This document shows, in pieces, positions 12,441 to 24,719 of a stretch of 64,000 nucleotides of DNA; the stretch's first letter is position 1, and every line of letters starts with the position of its first letter. The DNA comes from Folioceros fuciformis (lineage: Eukaryota): positions 124,543-188,542 of the forward strand of contig JBNGIO010006217.1 of assembly GCA_049999805.1 (NCBI GenBank), written 5' to 3'. The notes beneath the pieces were generated by a model. The model was not told the origin of the DNA. It did not search any database and was given only the letters and a program-made list of their open reading frames with translations. The translations under genes and the position numbers were made by a program.

Positions 12441-13728
12441 TCGTATGCCGACGTGAACGCTTTCCGTGGGGTCTGCATCGACGCATGGTTGTCGGAGGTG
12501 GGGCTCTTTGATTGTGCCAACAGATCTGGAATGGCTTTCTTTCAACATTGACAGGCATCTATCTTCATACTTCACCATGACTGGTAGTGTCGGAGTTGTT
12601 AACCATGTTCTTGGAACCTGAGTGGTAGAAACATCTATGCTGAGCAGATGGTTTGCAGGAGTAGAGTTTTTGAAATTGCTTTGGTTTACCGTCGACGTCC
12701 ATGTTTGTCCCGCTCCCTAACTCACAGTTTTGTGGAAGATGCAGATGGACCGTCCCTCGTCAGAATGCTCATCGACAGTCACATTCTTCCACATGTATTT
12801 CTGATCAGAATTTTCTCCAGCGTAGCAACTGGACAACGTCCTCTTCTGAATGGGACACATTTTGGATGGGCCACTGGTATACGCGAAAAACACCAAGGAA
12901 ATATTGTTCGTTGTTGGTTCCTTCTCTCGTTGTGTCTTCCTTTCGGTGATTAAATGTTACGGGCTGCATTCAATGCGCGGCTGTGCAAGATCTAACGGAT
13001 GTTACGTATGTACCTGTGTGACGAGAAGACTGTCCTCCCCCGGCAGCTCAAACCCGCCTACCTGTCCCGGTCGTATGTTTCTGTTCAAATTCGTTCATGC
13101 ACTTCAAAAGCTTGATCTTCCATCTATTAAAAAAATGCTTAATATCATTTGGATATGCAGAGATGCGAATCCTATCCCCGGGTGAACAGGGGCCCTAGAC
13201 TCTGAGACTAGGTCTTCAAAGCTACCTACCATTTATTCCTAAGAAACCTACTATCCTCTAGATCCCCTGCATTTTTAGCTGGAACAGGGAAGGTACGGAA
13301 TCTGAAAAAGGGAAGGTCCCACTAATCGTGAAAGCCGATTATTTATGGTTTGTGTTTTGCCACTATCCTTTCCATAAAAATTATTTATTCTCTATTTTAA
13401 CTAACTTGATAAGTTTTTTATTAAAAAAAGTAGATAAAAATATTTTTTATTTTTTATCTCATAGGTCGAGTAATTTGGCATGATATAAAATTATTTAATG
13501 AACTAAGTAGTTTCGCACTTTGGTAGGAGTTAACCATATCAATCTTCAAAGTAGTAGCTCCTTACTCTTTTGATGCAAAGCACAATGAAACCTATTGTGG
13601 CAATCAAGAAGAAGAAGTAAGTTCTACTTCTTTGTAACATTATTGATTGTTAATATTGAGGATAGAAAAGTTATTTGATGGGTAATTTTGTTGAGTGAAT
13701 CTTACTTTGTTTAACTCATTGGACTAGG

Positions 13729-16700
13729 CTACAAGAGCTTAATAGTAAACTCTTGGAGAAGGCTAACAATTTTTCCAAGCTTTCAGAAGTGCCCTTGAAT
13801 CTATCTCAAAGATCACAAGTACCCAACAATGTCATATGTGCAAATGAATGCACACCTACATTAGATGGTGATATAATAACACCACTTAATGGAAGTACAG
13901 GGAACAAAGAAGAAGCATTTAAGAAAGATGATGACTTGAGCATCAATACGTTTCATGGAAAATTAGAAGCAATTTCTCCACAAGATAACAAAATCATGTG
14001 TCCTTTGAAAACTACATCTACAACTAGCTCAGCTTATGATGCATCAAAAAGAGTTGATAGTCATGCAAAACAAGAATCGATTGCCAACATGAGTACTCTA
14101 AGTGATGGACAAAAAGTAGTAGAGGGCAAAAAATTAAAAAGTGCAGAAATAGATGAGTGGATCAAGAGCCAGTTTGAATTAGGAGAAGAAGAAGTAGCTG
14201 CCATGAATGCTGACATAGTAAAAGACTCAAGTGGGTTCCTCAATGTCCAATCAAGCAAAGACATTTCTAGTAGCACCAAGCAAGATGGAAAGAAAAGTAA
14301 ACATCATCTAAAGAAAGAACATGCAACTCCACAGAACATGGTAGACACTAGGAAAAAAATTAGGAATTGTTTGGAAGCAAAAGTTGCAAGCAAAAGTACT
14401 ACTCCAAGACGTAGTGGGCACTTAGGATGTCAAAGTTTATCAAACGTATACCATGAGAAACTAAGAACCACATCTCAAGTTGGACAAGAACAAGAAAATG
14501 TTGGCACTCCTAGAGGTACTTCAACAAGTGTTGCCCAAGTGAATGAGGAATCAATTCCTGCATTAAGTGAGGAAGAGGCCAAACACTTGTTCAAAAGTTC
14601 GGTGGCATCAATATGTAGCGATGACCATAGTGATTTGGAATCGGATTCTGTGGAAGCTGAGGAGGGTGTAGATCAAGCAAGTAAGCTTTCAATGCAAGAT
14701 GTACATATGGAACCAATGCAAGAAAGTGGTTCTCGAGGTACAACAGGTTTGGGAAAAGTCCATGACCCACAAGGTGTTCAAAATTTAAACCATGAAACAG
14801 CCAAGATTAGAGAATCCTTAGATGCCCCTATGCTCTTCAAATCAGCTGTTGCATCAATTTGTAGCGACATAAGTGATGATTTGGATGAAGATCCAAATGA
14901 GTTTGTAGAACCATTCGAAGTTCAATTAAATACCAGCAAAGTAAGCATCAATGAAGCCCTAAACACAAAGCTTTTACATGATGATGCTAATGAAAAAGGT
15001 GGCAGTGTATTGAATGTGAATGAAATTTTATCTACATCTTTGGGTGGAGAAATAAAATATTTGGAGAAAATAGATACTTTCGATAAAATTATTCACAGTT
15101 AGTAATAATTTGAACTCATTGGTGCTACTCTTTTTTTAAATTTTAGTGAGTTCCTTTCATGTTTGATATGTTAACATAACTAGTTGGACATCTAAATTGT
15201 CAGGTACTCAGATCCCAAAAGAATCGATAGAAGATATGCATTTTAGATCTATGGAGAAAGGCCGCGAGATTAGGGCTTCCTCGAGTTCAATTATTCTTGA
15301 TGACCATGAAAGCAATGAAGTTATGTCTTGTATTAGCCATGAAGAGAATCAAAACCATCGTTTTCAAAGTTATTCACATTCCTAAAATCTTCAACCTCGT
15401 ATGATAAAAACTATGTACGAAGAGTTATTATTATTATTATTTTTAAATCAGTACAATGATTTATGAATAAGTAGTGAACTACCTTACATGGTAGTTCATA
15501 ACCCAAATTTTAATTCCTTAACTCGATTTGTAAATATTTTGTCTTAACTTCTAGCTTAACTCAGGTGATACAAGAGAAGGAGAATTAGCTATATGCCAAA
15601 CACAAGCTCAAAAGATATGCAATGAGTCTTTAGAGAATGTAGATCATTCAAACGAAAACTGCATTCCGATAAATAACATGGTTTTGGATAATTTTGAGGG
15701 CATGGATGGGCCTATTCACAACTTCAAGCAAACAAATAGTATGTTTCAAGGTACTACACCACATGATCATGCACATGACATCTTGGAAAGTGAATCTCAT
15801 GAACCTGAACTTGATCTAGCTACAGCAAAGAAAATATTTTATGAATCAATGGAATCAATTTCTTCAAGCAATCTACAAGAGAAGAATCTTACAAATGTAG
15901 AAAACCATGAGAGAACTCAAACACTCTTTAGAAAGTCATTGTCTTCACTTTGTTCAAGTTTTGTTGTAGAGGGTCAAGAAACTTTGAGGAATGTACACAC
16001 AGTGTTGGAAGATTTAAGCTATGAAGATGAGTTATGTGCAGCTAGAAATGTTGACGAAGATTGTAATCACTTAGATCATCCTTACTCTAAAGATGCAGAT
16101 TTTGACGAACTAAATGCAAATCCAGATGGCTTATGGGCAGCAAAAGACATCGAAAATCATACAAGCTTTCAACATAGCTCATGTGATGAACTTGATTTCC
16201 ATGATTTGAACTTGGAACAAACCCAATCAGGGAACAATAGCTCACAATATGGAATCCAAAACAATGACTTTCATGCATTGAATTCAGAAGAAATGAAACT
16301 CTGGAAGAGTAGCCCACAACTTGGAAACAAGAATACAAGAGACTCTTTCCGTCAACCAAACATGTCTATGGGGCCGAATCAAGCTAGTTATCCTCCAAAG
16401 ACACCAAGGAGTAAGGACATAATGCACATAGACAATACAACTCTACTCAGTAATCTGGAAGCACCTAGAGAAGAAAATTTTTCATGTGATGAAAGTTATG
16501 TACAATTAAGAACCCAATTAAGTGTGGAACTAAATTTACCTAGTTTATCAAACAAGTGTGATTCCACACAAGCTTTCGAAAGCTATGAAGATATAGAAAG
16601 TGTTCCTATCTTATTTTCAAAGAGGAGTTCATGTCTGGAGTCAGTAAAAAGTGGTAGAGTTCAAGATGAAGAGGATGATGCTGATGTCGTATGTGATGAA

Positions 16701-18508
16701 TTTTGGCATGACATGAAGATGATCATCCATGAACGCTGTAGCATATCAACACCACAACTTAATCCTAAGCTTAGTACAAATGCAGAAGTTGATGAAGAAT
16801 CTACTGCACAAGATCCATGTCCTTCTAAACCACAAAATGCCTTACCTCTTGTAAGAACCCAACAAGAAAAATTTGAACCCCAATATGAGGTGGGTTTTTT
16901 TTTTTCAATAATTATTTCAGTCTAATTTATAATTATTTAAAATAATATTAATTATGTATCTCACTTAAATCTAGGACTACATGACATCAACGCCATCCAT
17001 AAAAATCACACCTAGGTGAACATGTACATTTTTACTAAGATTTATGTTATCCTTTATCGTCTAATAAATTCATTGTCATCCAATAAATTCATCAAATTTT
17101 TACAAGTGTTTATAGTGTCATTTATTTTGTTTATTTGCAGTGCACAAAAACCAGAGAAAAATGGACAAGAAGAAGAAATAGAAGGTCCTTGTCTTGATCT
17201 AGGATTTGGTATTTCAAGGCTTGTGAATAAAGATTTTAATCCTAATATTCTTAATTTTCTAAGGTGTATAAATCTTGGTTCTTATTCTGTTATAATATTA
17301 TTTATATTAGATAATATATTATTAAAATAATTTGTACATGACTATCGCAGAAGGGAGAGGCTATCGAGAAAACGGCAAGTTACTCTGAAACGAACCATAG
17401 ATAATCTGGATCATCCTGTGCCTCCACATAAAAGCAAAAGTGGATACATTTATCGAAATATTAAGTTAGGACCGAATGCCCGATATTTCACACTTTCTGT
17501 AAGTAGACGAACCAGTCTTCAGTTGTCCGGGACAGTGGAATCAGCATACGGGCTACAGAAGTGTGTCATTCTCTTTCGGGGTGGTTGGACTGGTCAGGAA
17601 GAGGAAGAAGCATTGGTGGACGAAATCTTGTCGCAACCAGATTTTGACGATGATACCAATGACGGTAGCAGCAGGGCCTCACAAGCCACGGTAATGTCAT
17701 GCCGCTCATCTTCCTTGTTCACCTTTGGCTCGTTACATGAAGAATGGCAGTGACAGATGTGTGAACGGTAGGCTTTCGAGGTGGAGGGGGAAGAGGCAGA
17801 ACGCCTGGCGGAAATTGATGTAAAGCTGGAGCAGTACCGGCAACAAAGTTTGTGGAAAGACGCAGGTTTTGTGAGGAAGCTCTTCTGAGCAGCCTGCATT
17901 GCTCGGGGGTGATTTTCTGATTGTTCGGATCGATTACTTGTGTGTAAACGTGCACACTGTTGACCTCTACAGAAAAGGAGAAGGGATGGAACAAGCTGGT
18001 GCAGGACGCAGAGAACAGCTCTTCTAACGGCAGCTCAAAGAACCACAACGCAGTTGCGAAGGCATCCTCTTTGGCGTCCATGAGATCTACCGTTGCAGAT
18101 TATTTGACTGAAAGTAGGGAACGGAGGGAGTACCAGGCTAAGGCAGAGGTGAGACGGGATTACCGACTGAGGCAAAGATGGATTTACAGCTTTGGCTCTT
18201 GGACTGCTCTCTCACCTTACCTCCCTGGCATGTGCAGGAAATTGATCGACGGATACGTGATATACATACATCCGCCTTGCCTCTGCCGATACCGGGGGAG
18301 GAGCTCGCTAAGCTTGTAATCAACCTCAATATGCTTGGAAGAATGCATAACTGCATCCAAGTTTGCTTGTGGAACTCGTGTTCACGTTCTACGCTTTTCC
18401 CTACTTGGATTGTGGTAACAGATCTCTGATTCAAGGAGGGAGCAACAGGTGGCGGTCAAGGAGCTTATTGAGAAACCAGAGCACCCGCCAGCCCAACCTA
18501 GCAGGTAG
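13729..18508 (+). CDS. Multi-exon FSIP1-like (fibrous sheath-interacting protein 1 family) gene with very long AT-rich, low-complexity exons; start and end uncertain
   Basis: Large ORFs 13753-15102 and 15678-16925. Short 3' exons splice to give YIYRNIKLGPNARYFTLS|EEEEALVDEIL...|AERLAEIDVKLEQY...|DYLTESRERREYQAKAE|EIDRRIRDI...EELAKL|ISDSRREQQ, matching the order of FSIP1 motifs as recalled (FIKRNIEL, LAEIDIKL, LREIDEKL). Confidence 0.55.
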
Positions 18509-19313
18509 CCAAGGTTTTGCAGAGAGGTTCGGTACACCTGGAAGAGCAAGGGACAGTCCTTCACGAACAGATGTGTGACATAAGGCACCGAGCAGCCATA
18601 GAGCCACAGGTATTCCGACCTTCGTTGAGTTTGGCAAATGAACCTGCCCATCCTCGATCACTACATTCTGCCTGAGAACCCTTCTTGCCTCTAAAGGTTC
18701 CAGAAGTCATTCTGCCCTTTCATGAAGACATTGGCTCCAACCTCCAGACAGAGACACTTTGTCTCCGCTGGAGAACAAGAAGTCAGAAAGCTTCCTGAAG
18801 CCGTTGAAACTATAACCTCTTGTCCAATAAAAAAACTCAACACCACAGCTCATCAGACTGTCTAAGAGGCCATCCATAGCTACGTCCTAGACTCGGGTCC
18901 CCATACCGCCCTCTGCAGAAAGAGAAACAAAACACTGCTTCACCATGTCCAATTTAATACCGTCTGTTCGTGATGTCAAACCACAAACGTCGATACACTT
19001 TCGAAGTAGAGTCCTTAGTTTGTTTCAGCGAATTCGAATTACTGTATGGTTGTAACACAATAACTTGCTTCCAATTCATTTCCTTCACTTCGCTTTGTAG
19101 CTCCCGATGGATGGATCAGACTGAACAAAAGGCCTTACTCATTCCTTCCCTCCTCTCCTGACTATGATACTTGTAACCTTTGCTTAGAGTCCTCAACCAT
19201 TCAATTGAGTAGTAATTAAGTCTGGTTCAAAAAATCTACAAACACATTACTTTAATTTGAATTACTGGACATTGTATGCAGATCATAAAAATGAAAATGT
19301 CGGGTTAGCTGGG

Positions 19314-19680
19314 CACCCACTATTCGAGAGGCAGGTTACTCTCTCGAAATCTGGATATGGTGAGCACCCACTATTCGAGAGGCAGGTTACTCTCTCGAAA
19401 TCTGGATATGGTGAGGACCCTCTATTCAAGAGGCAGGTTACTCTCTCGAAATCTGGATATGGTGAGGACCCACTANNNNNNNNNNAGAGGCAGGTTACTC
19501 TCTCGAAATCTGGATATGGTGAGGACCCACTATTCGAGAGGCAGGTTACTCTCTCGAAATCTGGATATGGTTAGCACCCACTATTCGAGAAGCAGATTAC
19601 TCTCTCGAAATCTGGATACGGTGACTACTCCCTCTTGATCTGGAAATGGTGACTACTCCCTAGTAATCTGGATAGGGTGC
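19314..19680. repeat. 51-bp tandem minisatellite (about 6 visible copies, interrupted by a 10-N gap) with an internal hairpin
   Basis: Unit CACCCACTATTCGAGAGGCAGGTTACTCTCTCGAAATCTGGATATGGTGAG repeats near-identically and decays into shorter units at 19620-19680. Confidence 0.95.
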
Positions 19681-20602
19681 CTGTATCTTAAGGTTTTTGG
19701 CTCTCACTAAGATGAGACAAATGGCGTGTGGTTGTTAGCCGAGTCTAGAGGACTGTATTAGGCAATTGCTGCGTAACATAATCCTCTTGGAGCAAAACAT
19801 CTTGCAAGACCTTACTTCCATGGCCATTTGCTTGTCTCTTGCTGTGCATTTTTTTTTTCCAATAAGATTGCATTATTTATTTGGGCCTACTTCCTCCGTG
19901 AGTATTTTGCAAGGATCTCAAAGTTGGTTAGCAAGAATTGCGCTCTTACTCAATAGTAGAAAGTTGAAAACATTTGCATAGTTTGCGCGGTTCATGTTGG
20001 CAATAATTCTAGAAGTTTATTGACTCATTTCGGTCCTACGTGTAATCCTCATTCTCAATCGTAGTGTTTTCCATTTTTGGATTATCATAGTTTAAGATAC
20101 CAATTTTGGCATTTTCTCTTAGGAAAAGGGTTGCTAATGTATTGTTATTCTCACAAGAACAAGGCTTACCACGATTTTGCGTAAGGCTATACACCATGAA
20201 CAAGATTGTCTTAGTCACTTATAAATATTGTAGTTTTAAATCAAGAAAAATATTTTAAATAGACTTATAATATAAAAGCAAGCACTTTATGTACTAAAAT
20301 TTAAATCCAAAATTTAGCAATTTTTTATTGATTTTATTTTACTTATATCCAATGATTGAGCCAAGTTCTTATTAAACCATGTATTACAATAATCCATTAT
20401 AGCTAAAACATGACACATTAAGACTTTTGGCTGTGAATTTGTAAAATAAATTATCTTAAAAAATAATATATTTATAAAAATAGCTATTTTCTATAAATAT
20501 AGAAAAAAATATCATGATACAAAATTTTAAACTTCATTAAATTGTTCAGTTCTCCTTCTACTCTTGCTTTGTGTAGTTGTGTAGTTTATAGTCAAAGTTC
20601 TC

Positions 20603-20678
20603 CAATGCACCTTGATGTAAAGTGGGATTGGATCCCTTATCAATGCACCTTGATGTAAACTGGGATTGGATCCCTTAT
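20603..20678. repeat. 38-bp tandem duplication
   Basis: CAATGCACCTTGATGTAAA(G/C)TGGGATTGGATCCCTTAT occurs twice in tandem. Confidence 0.9.
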
Positions 20679-21541
20679 TGATCATTCGCTCTCTTTGGAT
20701 TGTTCTACCCTAGGGTAGATGGGATTTTTCATGTCATGGTATTCAAACTTTCACTACAAGATTTGTTTGGTTTAGAGGGCAGAAAACATAGCACACCATA
20801 TACAATCGAAGCATGTAAGGGAGAGAACAACATAAGGCCATATTCCACAAAGCAACTGGTAACTGATACAAGGGCATCACTTCCCCCAAGCAGAAACGCT
20901 CCCCACAACCAACCGACATACCCACAACGAATGTAGGGACCAAGTCTCCCACTCAGGGCCAAGGATGAGGTTTCATGTGGGCTTAGAAACACTGTATCTT
21001 GCTTTTAGCAAAAGCTGAAGACTTTATTCGAGAATAATGACAAATTTCCTCTAATACAAAACTTACAGAAAGTGCGGTCTTCAGATGTACAGGAATCGCC
21101 AGTAAGCAAATAAGACATGACCTTTAACAATCACGGAAGCCGGTGCTTAACAACCACCCTTAACTTGGCCAACGACCTTTTGTTTCAAGGACGGCTCGGA
21201 GAACGTACTCAAAGCTCAGAGAATGAAGTTAATCGAAGTTCAGACGAGACATAACAGAGATTTGGGGAATGCTGTGAAAATCAAAGTACATAGAAGTAAC
21301 GGTCTTGATCCTTCAAAAAAGAACGTTAGCCAAGCCCGCCTTGCACGAGAGCTAGGCCAGCAGTTTCTCGACACATCTCAAAGCAACAACACGCCGAGCA
21401 CTGGGTGCATGGTTTCAGTAACCGGAAGCAGGCCACGGACAAGATCTGTCTTGTAAGGAGTCAGGAACACAGCACGTCAAGGCTGGATGCATAACCCAGC
21501 CGTCATATCGGAAATAGTGTCGCAATCCAACCAACCCAGAG

Positions 21542-23443
21542 TCACCTTTGAAAGGGCAACCACCATCTTGACCGGGAATGAGATCCACTAGCTCCCACGG
21601 CTTGCTCAAGATGAGTCTCCTGGAAGTAGCGAGGAGGCGCCTGGATGTCATGGGAGCCGTGAATGTCCAGGCTGCGACCCACGATATGACTTTTCAGGCA
21701 CAGCATTAACACAATGCCCATCAAACTCAGGACAGGTCCTGCACCAAGGGCGAGCCACGCTCTCGGGCCACCGCCACCAGTCTCCGAAGACGAGTCCGGT
21801 GTGGGTGTTGGGTCTGAGTCTGGAGCCATATCCTGTTCTGGGCCCAGGGCATCTGCATAGTCTGAAGGCTCGCTGTCAGTGCTTTCCCTGCTGCTGCTGC
21901 TGCTGGATTCCAGAGAGTCCACAGCCTCCATGTCTGCCTGCCCTCCGGATTGTTGAGAACCCCCAGTGGTCCCTGCAGCATTTCCAGAAAGACCAGCCGC
22001 GGAATTCACGGTCTGTGAGGACACCTGCCTCCCTTGCTTTTCCTGTTCATAGTCAGGGTCGTCGGTGGGCAGCTCGTAACGACACACTGGGCACGAATTT
22101 CTCGAGGTAAGCCAAGGCAGGATGCAATCGTAATGGTAGAGGTGGAAACAGGGGAGCTGTTTCACAGGCTCACCAAGAGCAACAACCTCCTTGCAGATTG
22201 CACACAATGCAGCTCCTTGATCGATGTGTTCCTGCTTGATCTTAACCGTGGGCAGAGCTTCCACTGCTGATTTCGAAGCAGGAGGGGCACCCCTCCTGGA
22301 ATTATCATTCTCAGCCATCTGCTGCAGCAGCTGCTCGAATCCCCTGGCATCCACGTAGTCTCCCGGATTGCCCACGTAGTCTCCCGTATTGCCCACATAG
22401 AAGGGATTCGCATATCGTGGGAGTTGCACACGGACCTCTATGTTCTCACCCATCAGATTTCGCAACAAATCTTGCAGATACTGGTGGAGGGTATTCTCAA
22501 TTCTCCTCGTCCTCATCTGCAAACTGTGAAGATCACGCGCCCTCGCACTCCCCCTTCCCCTCCCTCCCTGCACCGCCTGGGCCTGGGCTACTGCTTCCGG
22601 ACGAGACCTGCTGCCACCACCATCTTCAGGCTGCAGAGGTTCTGCCCCCGCATCATCCCCATCCTCATCCAGCTCCTCCCACTCCTCCTCATCCAACGAA
22701 TCCCACCCGTCGAGGTCCAGCCGCATCCCCTCCGCCTCCACTTCACTATCACTCCCTTCAGCAGCCATCCCCATAGCTGCAGCAAGCTCCTCCCCTTCCT
22801 CGTGCTCCCGATCCATTCCCCCCGCCTCATACCCAGCATGCGCAGGGAGACTCAACGCCGAAGGCTGTCCCTCATCCTCCACCGTCACATCCGGTGGTGC
22901 CTCATAGCCCAGCCCCATGGACAAGGCCATCCTCCTAAACGCCGCTCCCTCTCTGCCACCCACTGGGACTTCCTGGTCCTGCACCACCAAGCCATCAGCA
23001 TTTCCCTGCCCTTGCCCGGACGAGTCCACTACGACTGGAGATGGTGGTAACGTGGACGTGTGCGCTGTCTGCCCTAACAGCCTCAAGACCTGCATCAGCT
23101 GCTCCGGGTAAGCATGCTCAAGAGCCTCGGCCAAAGCAGCACGTCTTACACGATTCGTGCCCTGCGCTTGACCCTGAGCCCCCCCAGCCGCTCCCTGGTG
23201 CCGTCTCCGTCTCTGTGCTCGCCGCACATCAGGCACCGCTTGGGCCGTGGCCATCATCTCCACAAACCCACTTCCACACTCCACACAGCACATACCTTGC
23301 TCATCTGCCGCAGCCTCAACTGCCACCTCCTTGTTACACTGGTAGCACCAATGCAGCTGCGGGCCTCCCCCTCCTCCTCCTCCTGCCCCAGCCGTGGAAT
23401 GCCCTTCCCCGCCTCCCCGCTCCTCCCCGGCCTCCGCCTCCAT
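21542..23443 (-). CDS. RING-H2 E3 ubiquitin ligase with N-terminal zinc ribbon and C-terminal hydrophobic segment (BTL/RNF126-like architecture), single exon
   Basis: Zinc ribbon HWCYQCNKEV...CVECGSGFVE; GNPGDYVDARGFEQLL; RGAPPASKSAVEALP; RING-H2 CAICKE...LPCFHLYHYDCILPWLTSRNSCPVCRYELPTDD; hydrophobic LGAGPVLSLMGIVLMLCL. ATG at 23443, with a 400-N gap just upstream. Confidence 0.92.
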   Translation of the reverse strand: MEAEAGEERGGGEGHSTAGAGGGGGGGPQLHWCYQCNKEVAVEAAADEQGMCCVECGSGFVEMMATAQAVPDVRRAQRRRRHQGAAGGAQGQAQGTNRVRRAALAEALEHAYPEQLMQVLRLLGQTAHTSTLPPSPVVVDSSGQGQGNADGLVVQDQEVPVGGREGAAFRRMALSMGLGYEAPPDVTVEDEGQPSALSLPAHAGYEAGGMDREHEEGEELAAAMGMAAEGSDSEVEAEGMRLDLDGWDSLDEEEWEELDEDGDDAGAEPLQPEDGGGSRSRPEAVAQAQAVQGGRGRGSARARDLHSLQMRTRRIENTLHQYLQDLLRNLMGENIEVRVQLPRYANPFYVGNTGDYVGNPGDYVDARGFEQLLQQMAENDNSRRGAPPASKSAVEALPTVKIKQEHIDQGAALCAICKEVVALGEPVKQLPCFHLYHYDCILPWLTSRNSCPVCRYELPTDDPDYEQEKQGRQVSSQTVNSAAGLSGNAAGTTGGSQQSGGQADMEAVDSLESSSSSSRESTDSEPSDYADALGPEQDMAPDSDPTPTPDSSSETGGGGPRAWLALGAGPVLSLMGIVLMLCLKSHIVGRSLDIHGSHDIQAPPRYFQETHLEQAVGASGSHSRSRWWLPFQR

Positions 23444-23480
23444 CGGATACCTTCCCAACCTCCTCACACTCTCCACCCGC

Positions 23481-23880
23481 NNNNNNNNNNNNNNNNNNNN
23501 NNNNNNNNNNNNNNNNNNNNNNNNNNNNNNNNNNNNNNNNNNNNNNNNNNNNNNNNNNNNNNNNNNNNNNNNNNNNNNNNNNNNNNNNNNNNNNNNNNNN
23601 NNNNNNNNNNNNNNNNNNNNNNNNNNNNNNNNNNNNNNNNNNNNNNNNNNNNNNNNNNNNNNNNNNNNNNNNNNNNNNNNNNNNNNNNNNNNNNNNNNNN
23701 NNNNNNNNNNNNNNNNNNNNNNNNNNNNNNNNNNNNNNNNNNNNNNNNNNNNNNNNNNNNNNNNNNNNNNNNNNNNNNNNNNNNNNNNNNNNNNNNNNNN
23801 NNNNNNNNNNNNNNNNNNNNNNNNNNNNNNNNNNNNNNNNNNNNNNNNNNNNNNNNNNNNNNNNNNNNNNNNNNNNNNNN
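23481..23880. other. Assembly gap (400 N); other gaps at 19476-19485, 45529-45628, 49986-50085, 52184-52193 and 62972-63071
   Basis: Runs of N in the sequence. Confidence 1.
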
Positions 23881-24719
23881 AACCTCCACAAACACTGCAA
23901 TTCGCACCAGGCCAGGGGCCAGCAACGAAGGTGCAAAGCATGGGATCGAGAACAAAGAACCTGGCAAGACGCTGACTGAAGTTTCCCCTTCTGCTGCTGC
24001 TGCTGCTGTTGAGGATTAGATTGGCCTCAGTCCGACCACGAGATCGAACGACCCCTGCTGCGATCGGCGTCTGATCCTGGCCCCGGCCCTGCTTCTCGTG
24101 TGTCACAGTAACGAGCCTTTCAGGTCCCACCCACTCGTACCACCACCAGATGGCTGCCCCCGACCATCCCCCAAGGCGAGCATCACAAGCGGCTCTCCGC
24201 TCCCGATCACAAAGTGCGATCCCTCGGGTTATTCGCCGCCTTTTCACATTCCCTTGCCAAGCACACGCGTTCACACGCACTTCAGGGCTTTACAAATATG
24301 TGGTCCATGTGGAAACTCGAAAGCCTAGCTATCGAGGAGCCTTCCAGTTGTCATTGGAGAGGTCCAGTCCCAGGCCAACTCCTAGTCCCAGTCCCGGGTC
24401 TAGTTTCGCATGCCTCCCATGGAACGTTGAAGGCTCAGGTGGCGGCGTTCCGGATGGGTCACCCACGTACTGTTCAGTACTCGGTTGTGATGGAGTTTGG
24501 GTGATAGTGCACGAGTACATGTCATGCATCTTGGTTGCATGTGATGGGTTTAGCTCCTCTTCCCAACTTCTTGGATATCTAACAAGGATTGCTCCTCCAT
24601 GGCTCACGGTTTCAAGGGTGCAAGTGCTGCATCGCTGAGTGAGTGACATGAAGTGATCACCGAGTTGCTCTAAGGAAGAGGCACAGGGTGGGTGGGTGGG
24701 TGGGGTGGTTTTGCGAGCC

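Noticed and set aside
19314-19680. CRISPR-like appearance (regular palindromic repeats)
   Set aside because: The sequence between hairpins is the same in every unit, so there are no unique spacers. There are no cas genes and the context is eukaryotic.
23444-24280. 912-aa version of the RING ligase ORF extending through the N gap
   Set aside because: The extension exists only because Ns contain no stops; the zinc ribbon directly follows ATG 23443.
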